IMG/VR virus record: IMGVR_UViG_3300027903_000007
Coordinates: 1-57,695 of that record
Origin: a virus
Lineage: Duplodnaviria; Caudoviricetes
DNA length: 57,695 nucleotides
Direction: 5' to 3' (one strand)
Shown: piece after piece, positions 37,791 to 46,409 of the stretch
Numbering within the stretch: the stretch's first letter is position 1
Layout of the letters: every line of letters begins with the position of its first letter
Position numbers and translations under genes: made by a program
The notes under the pieces: model-generated
What the model was told of the DNA's origin: nothing
Database searches by the model: none
The model's input: the letters and a program-made list of their open reading frames with translations, nothing else

Positions 37791-37887
37791 TTCTATTTCG
37801 CCCGGTGTATTTGTAGGCTCTCTACCGTCGCTATGGAGAGAGTGAGCTCTCAGTGATGTTGGCTTGGGCATCGGGCGAATCCTAAAT

Positions 37888-37962
37888 GCCGGTTTAGCAC
37901 AGTGGAAGTGCATCTCATTTGTAACGAGAAGGTCGTGGGTTCAAATCCTACAACCGGCACCA
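37888..37962 (+). tRNA. tRNA-Thr(TGT)
   Basis: Full cloverleaf: GCCGGTT/AACCGGC acceptor, TT-TGT-AA loop, GGTTCAAATCC, encoded CCA. Confidence 0.95.
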
Positions 37963-38035
37963 AACCACCTTGACTTAAGTAAGGAAGAACAATTATCTTG
38001 CTGGTCGTGTTCATAGGCTTACCAAGGCTTCGAAA

Positions 38036-38263
38036 ATGTCCAGTGATTTCGTTACAGGTGAAGTTAAATGGTTTAGTTCTGAGAAAGGTTATGGCTTTGC
38101 TCTTGTTGAGGGCAAAGACATTTTTATCCACAGTAAGCGTTTAAGAGAATCTGGTTTCTGTAAAGATGCAACGAGTGTGGCTTTGGAAACTGGTGACAAG
38201 TTGAAGTTCAAAATTGAATCTGGGCCAAAGGGCGCTTTTGCTATAGACATTTCAAAGGGGTAG
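38036..38263 (+). CDS. Cold-shock domain protein
   Basis: 'GEVKWFSSEKGYGF..DIFIHS..GPKGAFA'. Confidence 0.92.
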   Translation: MSSDFVTGEVKWFSSEKGYGFALVEGKDIFIHSKRLRESGFCKDATSVALETGDKLKFKIESGPKGAFAIDISKG

Positions 38264-38266
38264 ATC

Positions 38267-39412
38267 ATGACTGCACCCGGTTTGAATGAAATCAGTACTA
38301 CAACTCTTAGGAATAGGAAAATGGATAAGAAGCTCGGTGCAAAAGCTACGGCTGATATTCATAAGAGTGGTACGCATGTTCCTGATAAGGATTTTGGTAC
38401 AAAGAAAAAAGAAAGTAAAGCAGCAGGGACTGGTAAACCCGAAAAGGGCAGCCTTGCTTCAGCAGCAGCTGGAACTGATGCTACTGAGAAAAAAAGTTGG
38501 GGTGGCTCACCTGAAGATTGGGTGAGTGACTACCGTGAGTCCAAACGTAAAGGTATTTCATCTGATCAGTGGGAAGATTCTGCATCTGATAGGCTTTCAG
38601 ACAATGCCGGTGAGCGTAAAATGAAAGCTGAATCTGAGAAATCAGAAGCACCTGAATATAAATCCGGTGGTGGTGCTTTCACTAACAAGCCTAAAACTTC
38701 TCATGGCTTTGGCCATACCGCAGTCAATCATGACGGGCATCATCGAATGAGTGGTCATTCTGGTGCGCATAGAATTGGCAAAAAACGTTAACCTAAAGGA
38801 ACAGATCATGCCTACACAAATTAGAGCCCCATTACCATCTAAAGATGGTCATAAGACCCAGCCTCAAGGGCATGGTATTGGAATTCCAAAGAATGTAGTT
38901 GATAATTTGCCTAAGGGCGGTGGTGCTGGCGTACATGAGTCTCAGCCGCATGGTCATAGCCTTGGCATTCCTCAAAGTGGTACTTCTACGAAGAGTACTG
39001 GAGCCACAAGCCCCGGCAATAGTGCGGGCATTTTTAAGTCTTCTACAGGTAGTGTGTTGCGTAATTCAGGTGTAAGTGGAGCTCACAGATTAGGGTGTAG
39101 GAAGAAATGAAAAGGCGTATCAGAACACAACCGTCTAATCCTTATTACAGTGATGAACCGGCTGTATCCAAAGGTTTGATTGCCGATAAAGCACCTGTTC
39201 AAAATGCTTCACTTGGCAACAAGCCTAACAAGATCGTCGACAAAAAGCCGGGCAAGATGTCAGGTGTTGCTAATTTCACTAGCAAGGGTAAACCTCGTGC
39301 TGGTTCTTTCGCTAAGTTGCCTACGTTCGGTACTAAGGCAAAACAACCGGCTCAACTTCGTATGAGTGGGCATGCCGGTGCTCACAGGATTGGTGCAAAG
39401 CTTAAAATTTAG
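38267..39412 (+). CDS. Three low-complexity proteins sharing a C-terminal RxSGxxGAHR[IL]G motif (38267-38791, 38808-39110, 39107-39412)
   Basis: The motif is visible at each C-terminus. Confidence 0.7.
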
Positions 39413-39424
39413 TGGAGTGATTTA

Positions 39425-39964
39425 ATGACTTTGGAAGTGCATGTATCTCAGTTTTGGAATGGTGCTGATCAGGCAGCATTTGAAAACTCTGTCCAAGAAT
39501 ATGTCAATTCACTGCATGCCTTTAACATGGTGGTAGGCAAACCCCGTCCGACGGCTCACCCTCTTGTTGAGAGGGCAATTAAAAGGGTTCAAAAGCAAGG
39601 ATTCCCAGATCAGTATGTGGCTGATTATGTGGTTATTGATGATACACCACCTCCACCCTCTCTTGAGGATAAGAAAAATAAACTTATGTCTGAATTGAGG
39701 GCAGCTGAAGCCGTTGCTATGAACAGTGTGCTTCCTCATCGTAAGACACGATTGGTACATCTCAATAGTAATAAAGCTTTAACAGTTTCTGAAGAGCAAC
39801 GTACTGATGAACATAAAAAAGATATTGAATTACTTGAAAAGATTAAAGCTTTCAATGAGAAAATTATGAGGATTGCTGCTCAAGCAGAATCGGACATTGA
39901 TGATTTGACTGAACAGACAATAGATAGTTGGCAACCTCCGACATTTGAGTTAATTAATGGTTAA
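39425..39964 (+). CDS. Hypothetical protein, possibly tail-fibre-assembly-like
   Basis: PPPP linker followed by helices; GGAG SD. Confidence 0.55.
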   Translation: MTLEVHVSQFWNGADQAAFENSVQEYVNSLHAFNMVVGKPRPTAHPLVERAIKRVQKQGFPDQYVADYVVIDDTPPPPSLEDKKNKLMSELRAAEAVAMNSVLPHRKTRLVHLNSNKALTVSEEQRTDEHKKDIELLEKIKAFNEKIMRIAAQAESDIDDLTEQTIDSWQPPTFELING

Positions 39965-40556
39965 GATAATTAAATTACCAATGCCTCAAGTTGTTCCTCG
40001 TGTTGGAAATTATTTAGGTAGACCAGGTCCAACAACAAGCCAAAAGAAGTTAAAATCTTTGCGCAGGCATGCAGTCCCACCGGGGGGTATTTTGAATCCT
40101 TATGGCTGTTATGGTAATACGCGCAAGCAACGTTATAGGATTACTTGGTTTGGCTTGAAACTCAAACCTGCCCTGAGGGAGGAAGCATTGAAGAGGAACA
40201 GAATTAAACTTCAACAAAAGAAAGCGATTCAGCTTGAGTTGCATGAACTGCAAGCTTTAGCTCGTGAGAATGCTACGGCGGCAATGCACACTCTTGTTGA
40301 GATTATGAAGAATAAGCGTGCACCCGAGGCAAATAGAATTGCTGCATCAGCAGTTGTTCTTGATCGTGGTTATGGGAAAGCTTCCCAAGTGAGTATAACT
40401 GCAAGTGTCACCAATGGCAAAGCTGATAACCTCGATTCAACCGAACTCGACAAGCGAATTAGCCGAGCTCTCAAGAGAGTTGAGGATCTTACAAACCGAA
40501 CGCCAAAAGCGGGAACGGGCCAAAAACGACCTGTTAACCTACGCCTCTATAATTAA
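39957..40556 (+). CDS. Probable terminase small subunit
   Basis: Lies just before TerL; 'AMHTLVEIM..RIAASAVVLDRGYGKA..LDSTEL'. Confidence 0.7.
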   Translation: MVKIIKLPMPQVVPRVGNYLGRPGPTTSQKKLKSLRRHAVPPGGILNPYGCYGNTRKQRYRITWFGLKLKPALREEALKRNRIKLQQKKAIQLELHELQALARENATAAMHTLVEIMKNKRAPEANRIAASAVVLDRGYGKASQVSITASVTNGKADNLDSTELDKRISRALKRVEDLTNRTPKAGTGQKRPVNLRLYN

Positions 40557-42882
40557 TATCCCTAGTGGCCCGCTGCGGGAGGAGAATGAAGACGAGGTCG
40601 AACAGTTTCGACCTCGTAAGCATTTGTTCGGTGCGCATCATTTGCTCTGGCTTGATTGTCTTCAGCAAGTTGAAGATGGCAAGATAAAGCGGCTGATGGG
40701 GTTGCTGCCTCCCGGCAGTGGCAAATCAATTTATACTTCAGTTGTTTTTCCAACTCATGTCATGGGACGTTTTAAAGGCTCATCCATCATTGTGGCGAGC
40801 TATGGTTCAGAACTGCCGCGTAAGTTTGGCAGACGTGCCCGCTCAATAGTTCAACAGCCAATTTATAATCGTATTTTTGGCACTTTGCTTTCTGATGAAA
40901 GCAAAGCAGCTGATGAATGGGCGCTTAAGAATAGCAGTGAGTGGATGGGGGCTGGTATCTTGACCGGCATTACTGGTAACCGCGCTGACGGCATTGTGTG
41001 GGACGATTTGATCAAAGGTCGTGAACAGGCTGATTCTGAAGTTATCAGGCAAAAAACATGGGAAGCTTATGGTGATGATCTTCTCACACGTAAGAAACCC
41101 CAAGCTTGGGAAATTGGCGTTACCTGTATGGCAGGAGACACTCAAGTATTGATGGGTAATGGCGCTAATAAGAATTTGCGTGATATTAAGTGTGGTGATT
41201 GTGTTGCTTCTTACTATGAAGGGAAAATTGTTACTTCAAAAGTTTTAAACTGGAGAAATTGTGGTCCTGATAACGTCTTTACTATAAAGACGTTATCAGG
41301 CATTACCGTCGAGGCAAATGCGAGGCATCCGTTTCTCGTTTGCGAAAACGGAGTGTCAACATGGATAAGAACGAAAGACTTACGCCCGGGCCACAGAATG
41401 CTCCGGGTCAATGGGGAAAGTGGAAAGGTAAAACTTGCATCACAGAAGGATGCAACAAGCCAGTTTCAGCACGCGGCTTCTGTGTCACACACTACAATAG
41501 AAAGCGATGGGCTGATGGCGTTCGGCCACCATCAACAGGCGCTGTTTCAGTTCATAATGCGCATCTCAAACATAGGTATGGAATTACTGCTGAGGATTAT
41601 GACCGCATACTTGCGGAGCAAAACGGCCGTTGCGCGATATGCCGTTGTTCAAACCCCAAGACCCCAAGACGCTGGAGACGGCAATTCGTCCCAGATCATT
41701 GCCACGACAGTGGGCGGTTCAGGAGCCTTCTTTGCAATTCCTGCAATATGGTCGTCGGCTACGCTAACACCGCAGAGAATGCGCAAGCCATTGCGGACTA
41801 TCTCCGACTTCACGACGGATCCGATAGCTGAGATTACATATTCAGGCATTGAGGAAGTCTTTGATGTCCAGATCGATGGGACTGAGAATTTTATAGCAAA
41901 TGGGCTAATTTCTCATAACACGAGATGGCACGAAGATGATCCAGCGGGGCGCATCCTACCCGAAAATTATGGTGGGCAAAGTGGGTTATTGCAATGTCGA
42001 GATGGTAATGAATGGTACGTTGTATGCCTTCCTGCTGAGTGCGAACGCACTGATGATATTTTGGGACGAAAAATAGGTGAGATACTTTGGCCTGAATGGT
42101 TTACGGAGGAAATGTTTAGAGCACCTAAACGCATTCCACGTACTTGGTCGTCCCTGTATCAGCAGCGCCCAGCTCCTGACACCGGCATATTGTTTAAATC
42201 TGAATGGCTGAAATCATATGAGCAAAATCCACGCACAGGATACCCAGTAAATTTTGAGCCCGGTGATCTTAACATTTATGGTGCCAGTGATTATGCGGTA
42301 ACTAAAGATCGTGAGAATTACACGGTTCATATCGTGGTGGGGGTGGATAATAAAAGTAATATTTACATTCTTGATCTTTGGCGTAAGCAAGAGAGTTCAG
42401 ATGTTTGGGTTGAGAAATTTTGTGATTTGGTCAAATTTTGGAAGCCTATAGGGTGGGCTGAAGAAACAGGTCAGATCAATAAAGGTGTTGGCCCGTTCCT
42501 TGTAAAACGTATGCGTGAACGACAGGCATATGTCGCTCGTGCGCAATTTCCATCTACTAAGTCAAAGGCTCAGCGTGCTCAGAGTATCATTGGTCGTATG
42601 GCACAAAATGGACTTTATTGTCCTTTTGGTGCATCTTGGTTTGCTGAGTTCAGAAGGGAACTACTTTTGTTTGATGCGGGTACTTTTGATGATCAAGTGG
42701 ATGCCTTGAGTTTGATAGGGATGGTGTTAGATAGAATGATCTCAGCTGACAGTTCTTCTCAAGTTAAGGAAGAACCGAAAGTATTTTCTACTTTTCCCGG
42801 TTTGTGTACAGTTACTTTGGAAGATTTGTTTGAAGCTAATGAGATGCGTAATACCACGACTGGTATTTTAAGGATACATTAA
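40405..42882 (+). CDS. terL: Terminase large subunit containing an intein
   Basis: 'PPGSGKS', 'IVWDD', 'T/TRWHEDD', 'LYQQRP', 'SDYA', 'FDDQVDA'; the start could be ATG 40414. Confidence 0.93.
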   Translation: MSPMAKLITSIQPNSTSELAELSRELRILQTERQKRERAKNDLLTYASIINIPSGPLREENEDEVEQFRPRKHLFGAHHLLWLDCLQQVEDGKIKRLMGLLPPGSGKSIYTSVVFPTHVMGRFKGSSIIVASYGSELPRKFGRRARSIVQQPIYNRIFGTLLSDESKAADEWALKNSSEWMGAGILTGITGNRADGIVWDDLIKGREQADSEVIRQKTWEAYGDDLLTRKKPQAWEIGVTCMAGDTQVLMGNGANKNLRDIKCGDCVASYYEGKIVTSKVLNWRNCGPDNVFTIKTLSGITVEANARHPFLVCENGVSTWIRTKDLRPGHRMLRVNGESGKVKLASQKDATSQFQHAASVSHTTIESDGLMAFGHHQQALFQFIMRISNIGMELLLRIMTAYLRSKTAVARYAVVQTPRPQDAGDGNSSQIIATTVGGSGAFFAIPAIWSSATLTPQRMRKPLRTISDFTTDPIAEITYSGIEEVFDVQIDGTENFIANGLISHNTRWHEDDPAGRILPENYGGQSGLLQCRDGNEWYVVCLPAECERTDDILGRKIGEILWPEWFTEEMFRAPKRIPRTWSSLYQQRPAPDTGILFKSEWLKSYEQNPRTGYPVNFEPGDLNIYGASDYAVTKDRENYTVHIVVGVDNKSNIYILDLWRKQESSDVWVEKFCDLVKFWKPIGWAEETGQINKGVGPFLVKRMRERQAYVARAQFPSTKSKAQRAQSIIGRMAQNGLYCPFGASWFAEFRRELLLFDAGTFDDQVDALSLIGMVLDRMISADSSSQVKEEPKVFSTFPGLCTVTLEDLFEANEMRNTTTGILRIH
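41125..41919 (+). mobile_element. Intein (265 aa) in TerL
   Basis: Begins CMAGDT; block B 'ANARHPF'; ends 'VFDVQIDGTENFIANGLISHN'; +1 residue is Thr; removal restores 'GVT-TRW'. Confidence 0.92.
41361..41831 (+). CDS. Endonuclease VII-type homing endonuclease overprinted within the intein
   Basis: Different frame from TerL, GGAG SD 7 nt upstream; 'RYGIT..QNGRCAIC..DHCHDSGRFRSLLCNSCN..G'. Confidence 0.85.
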   Translation: MDKNERLTPGPQNAPGQWGKWKGKTCITEGCNKPVSARGFCVTHYNRKRWADGVRPPSTGAVSVHNAHLKHRYGITAEDYDRILAEQNGRCAICRCSNPKTPRRWRRQFVPDHCHDSGRFRSLLCNSCNMVVGYANTAENAQAIADYLRLHDGSDS

Positions 42883-45441
42883 ATGGACGTGGAACTTGAT
42901 CCACTGGCTGGGCCTGATGGTGGACGTAAGTCTGAACGCAAAGCTTTCTTCTGGTGTGACCAAATTGAAAAGATAGGCAAGGATAAAGGTTACCTTAATT
43001 TTATTAAACGTGGTCACAAGATTGAAGCTCGTTACCGCGATGAACGTAGTCGCGTTGACGAAGAGTCACGACGTCGATATAATTCACTCTGGTCCAATGT
43101 AGAGATTCTGAAGCCAGCCATTTATGGCAAGACCCCCACACCTCTTGCTGAGCGTAAGTTTGGTGACAAAGATCCTGTTGCTCGTGGTGCTGCTCAAATC
43201 CTTGAGCGCGCGTTGCGCAATGAAATAGAAATATGTGGCTTCCACGAAGCCATGAACCAAGCAGTTAGTGATTATTTGTTGCCGGGTCGTGGCACATTGT
43301 GGGTTCGTTACGAACCTCAGATTGAGGCAGGCATCTCACTGCCTAATGAAGACAGCATTGATATGAAGGATAGTAAGGAGCAATCGACTGAGTCGAGTGC
43401 TACTGATGGTGAAGATCTTGCGCCTGAGAATCAAGATGCTGAGGATAAGGATCAGGACGGTAATACGTCTGAAGAGGATCCAGCTACAGAGAAATTGGAA
43501 TCTACAGGGGACCAAATTGTTCGTGAGTCTACCCCGGTTGATTACATTCATTGGGAAGATTTTCTTATCTTTCCAGCCCAAGCACGAACTTGGGCTGAGG
43601 TAGTGGCAATTGGTAAACGTGTGTTCCTCACTTATGAGCAAATGCGTGATCGCTTTGGTAGAGAGATTGCCAAGGCAATCCCGCTTGAGAAGGATGAACG
43701 TCAAAAGGATCGTTACGAAAACACAAATGCTGAAAATGAGGTTAAAGGCGAGATATATGAAATTTGGAGCAAGCAGGACCGTACAGTTTATTGGGTAGCT
43801 TCGGGTTATGATTATCTTCTTGATCGAAAAGACGATCCGTTAAATTTGGAAAATTTCTTTCCAGTGCCACGTCCTATCATTGCTAACCAAACTACTGGCA
43901 CGATGCTTCCAGTTGCTGATTATATTCAGTATCAGGATCAGGCTACTCAAATAGACGAACTGAGCCAGCGCATAGCCATGCTCACCCGAGCTTGTAAGGT
44001 TGTTGGTACCTATAATGCTGCTGCGAAGGGCATTCAGAGGCTTTTGAATGAATCTCTTGAGAATGAATTGATCCCAGTTGATGACTGGGCAATGTTTGCT
44101 GGGGATAAGGGCGGTGTTGCTGGGCAAATGTCTTTCATGCCTCTGAAGGAGATCATTGGTGTTCTCAATGAATTAATGTCTATAAAGGAAAAGCAAATTG
44201 AGGAGATGGACAGACTTACTGGTATTAATGATTTGATGCGGGGCACAACGGATGCACGAGAAACATTGGGTGGTCAAAGGCTGAAGTCTAATAACACAGG
44301 AACACGTTTGACGAGTCGACAGAATGAGGTTGCACGCTTTGCCCGTGACACTGTGCGGATCATGGCAGATATTATGGCTCAGCATTTTTCGCCTCAGTCA
44401 TTGGTGGAAGCTTCTGGCGCAATGTATGAGGAAGGTCTTGGCATAGATCAAGATAAATTGCAGGCTTTGCAGAACCAACCACCTGCCCCTGCTTTATCAG
44501 CTCCGGGTGTTCCACCTTCTATGTCCGGAGCAGGTCCGGGCATGCAGCCTGCGGCGGCTTCTATGGGGCAACCTGCCGCTCCTCCTATGCCGCCGCAGGC
44601 TGGTCAGAATGTAGTTCCGTTCCCCAAATCCCCGATGTTGGCTCCTCCGGGTGGCCCTCCGGGGGCTCCTCCCAGTATGCCCATAACAGCCCCACTTGTA
44701 GCGCCGGGCTTGCCTATGCCTCCTCCGCCTGATCCAATGCAAATATTGCTTCAGGAGGCCTCACAGCGCATTGAGTCGGCCATCAAATTGATTCGTGATG
44801 AGCGTTTTCGCGGATTTCGGGTTGATATCGAGATAGATTCGACGATTTACGGTGATGCGACTCAAGAAAAGGTTGATCGCACTGAATTTATTTCAGAAGT
44901 TACGAAATATCTTCAAACTGCCATGGAAATGGCAACCCAAGTACCTGAAATTTTACCACTTTTAGGCAAATTGCTGCAATTTGGCGTGCGTGGCTTCCGT
45001 GTTGGCCGGGATCTTGAGTCCTCTATTGAAGAATTCTGTGATCAGTCAATCAAAATTGCTAAACAGAAACAAGCACAGGCTGCTTCTCAACCAAATCCGG
45101 AGCAAATCAAGGCGAATGCACAGGCTCAGCAAGCACAAGCTTCTTCACATGCAGCAGAAGTGCGTTCTCAGGCCGATATTGCTAAATCTCAGAATACTAT
45201 TAAGACTGAAGAACTTAAGGCCCAATCGAGTCAGCAACAGGCTCAAGCTGAGGTTATACGTCAGAAAGAAGAAAGTGCTGGTGAACAAGCAAATAACCAA
45301 GCTGACCTGATCATGAAGCAAATGGATGTGCGTATGCGTGAGATGGAGATGCAAATGGAGGCGATGCGTATGCGTGCTGAGGCTATGAAGCCAATTGAAC
45401 CAACTAAACCAGAGTCAGTGGCAGGTGGAGTAGGGTCATGA
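42883..45441 (+). CDS. Portal protein
   Basis: Follows TerL; 852 aa; helical C-terminal coiled coil; acidic and Pro-rich insertions. Confidence 0.85.
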   Translation: MDVELDPLAGPDGGRKSERKAFFWCDQIEKIGKDKGYLNFIKRGHKIEARYRDERSRVDEESRRRYNSLWSNVEILKPAIYGKTPTPLAERKFGDKDPVARGAAQILERALRNEIEICGFHEAMNQAVSDYLLPGRGTLWVRYEPQIEAGISLPNEDSIDMKDSKEQSTESSATDGEDLAPENQDAEDKDQDGNTSEEDPATEKLESTGDQIVRESTPVDYIHWEDFLIFPAQARTWAEVVAIGKRVFLTYEQMRDRFGREIAKAIPLEKDERQKDRYENTNAENEVKGEIYEIWSKQDRTVYWVASGYDYLLDRKDDPLNLENFFPVPRPIIANQTTGTMLPVADYIQYQDQATQIDELSQRIAMLTRACKVVGTYNAAAKGIQRLLNESLENELIPVDDWAMFAGDKGGVAGQMSFMPLKEIIGVLNELMSIKEKQIEEMDRLTGINDLMRGTTDARETLGGQRLKSNNTGTRLTSRQNEVARFARDTVRIMADIMAQHFSPQSLVEASGAMYEEGLGIDQDKLQALQNQPPAPALSAPGVPPSMSGAGPGMQPAAASMGQPAAPPMPPQAGQNVVPFPKSPMLAPPGGPPGAPPSMPITAPLVAPGLPMPPPPDPMQILLQEASQRIESAIKLIRDERFRGFRVDIEIDSTIYGDATQEKVDRTEFISEVTKYLQTAMEMATQVPEILPLLGKLLQFGVRGFRVGRDLESSIEEFCDQSIKIAKQKQAQAASQPNPEQIKANAQAQQAQASSHAAEVRSQADIAKSQNTIKTEELKAQSSQQQAQAEVIRQKEESAGEQANNQADLIMKQMDVRMREMEMQMEAMRMRAEAMKPIEPTKPESVAGGVGS

Positions 45442-45728
45442 CCACTCATGAAATTAGAGAATATATAGAATCTAAAATTGTTCCTCCTTTTAAGATTGTT
45501 ATGGGCAACGGGATGGCTACTCCGTCTGGTGTTTTTTATTGGGATGCTAACTTTGATGCCATTGCAATCCTGATTGGAAGGTATGACAACAACAATGTGA
45601 CTTGTCTGTCAATTTCTAGTCTTGAGCAATTACAAGCTAGGAATGATACTGAACTTAAAAAGCGGCTTGATGCTCGTTTTGATCAAGTCATGAAAACATG
45701 GGAAATGTATCTGGAGCAAGCAAAATGA
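45438..45728 (+). CDS. Hypothetical protein
   Basis: ATGA-coupled to the portal gene. Confidence 0.6.
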   Translation: MTTHEIREYIESKIVPPFKIVMGNGMATPSGVFYWDANFDAIAILIGRYDNNNVTCLSISSLEQLQARNDTELKKRLDARFDQVMKTWEMYLEQAK

Positions 45729-46072
45729 TCTATCGGCGTAGCTTTCTTAAAGGAATGTCAGCTTTGTTTATTGCTCCGGCAATTATCAGGGCTGAGAGTT
45801 TAATGCCAATCAAGGAGTATATGCCTGCGGTGCCTGCGTGGTGCCCTGAAGGTTGGCTTCCGCTTGATGGTCGCGAGATAAGCAGGAAGTTTTATCCAGA
45901 TCTTTATGCAGCTTTTCAACGTACAAGATTGCCGTTGATGATCCCAGAGTATGAAGACTCAAATGGTTTTAAAACCGTTATATCTTATAAGAATCTTATT
46001 CGTCCTAATGGGAAGTTGATGTTAGCAGGCGCTTACCACCCCTTGTATGTTCCTAAGGAACTTGATGTATGA
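45725..46072 (+). CDS. Tat-like leader plus phage tail-collar-like domain
   Basis: 'RRSFL..APAIIRAESLMP', then 'PEGWLPLDGREISRKFYPDLYAA'. Confidence 0.6.
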   Translation: MIYRRSFLKGMSALFIAPAIIRAESLMPIKEYMPAVPAWCPEGWLPLDGREISRKFYPDLYAAFQRTRLPLMIPEYEDSNGFKTVISYKNLIRPNGKLMLAGAYHPLYVPKELDV

Positions 46073-46371
46073 CAATTTTTGTTTATCGCAACGGCAAGCT
46101 CGTTGACAAGAACAAAGCAGGACCAAAGAATGAGAAGCTTGGTACGGCATCTTTTGTCATTAGTGACGAGATGGACGCTACGAGACATATGGCAACGGGC
46201 GAATATCTTACGAGTAAGGCAAAGTTCAGACAAGCGACTCGAGATGCGGGCTGCATAGAAATCGGCAACGAAACATCAACGCTCTTGAAGCCACGTCAAA
46301 AGATAGAACTAGATCGTGGGGCTCGACGTGAAGCGATTCAGCGCGCAGTCTATGATTTGCGTAATCGTTAG
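46069..46371 (+). CDS. Conserved head-module hypothetical protein
   Basis: Sits between portal and scaffold; 'TGEYLTSKAKFR..GCIEIGNE'. Confidence 0.7.
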   Translation: MTIFVYRNGKLVDKNKAGPKNEKLGTASFVISDEMDATRHMATGEYLTSKAKFRQATRDAGCIEIGNETSTLLKPRQKIELDRGARREAIQRAVYDLRNR

Positions 46372-46409
46372 TTGTATGGGTCGCACTAGCTGCCCAAAAG
46401 GAGAGTGAT

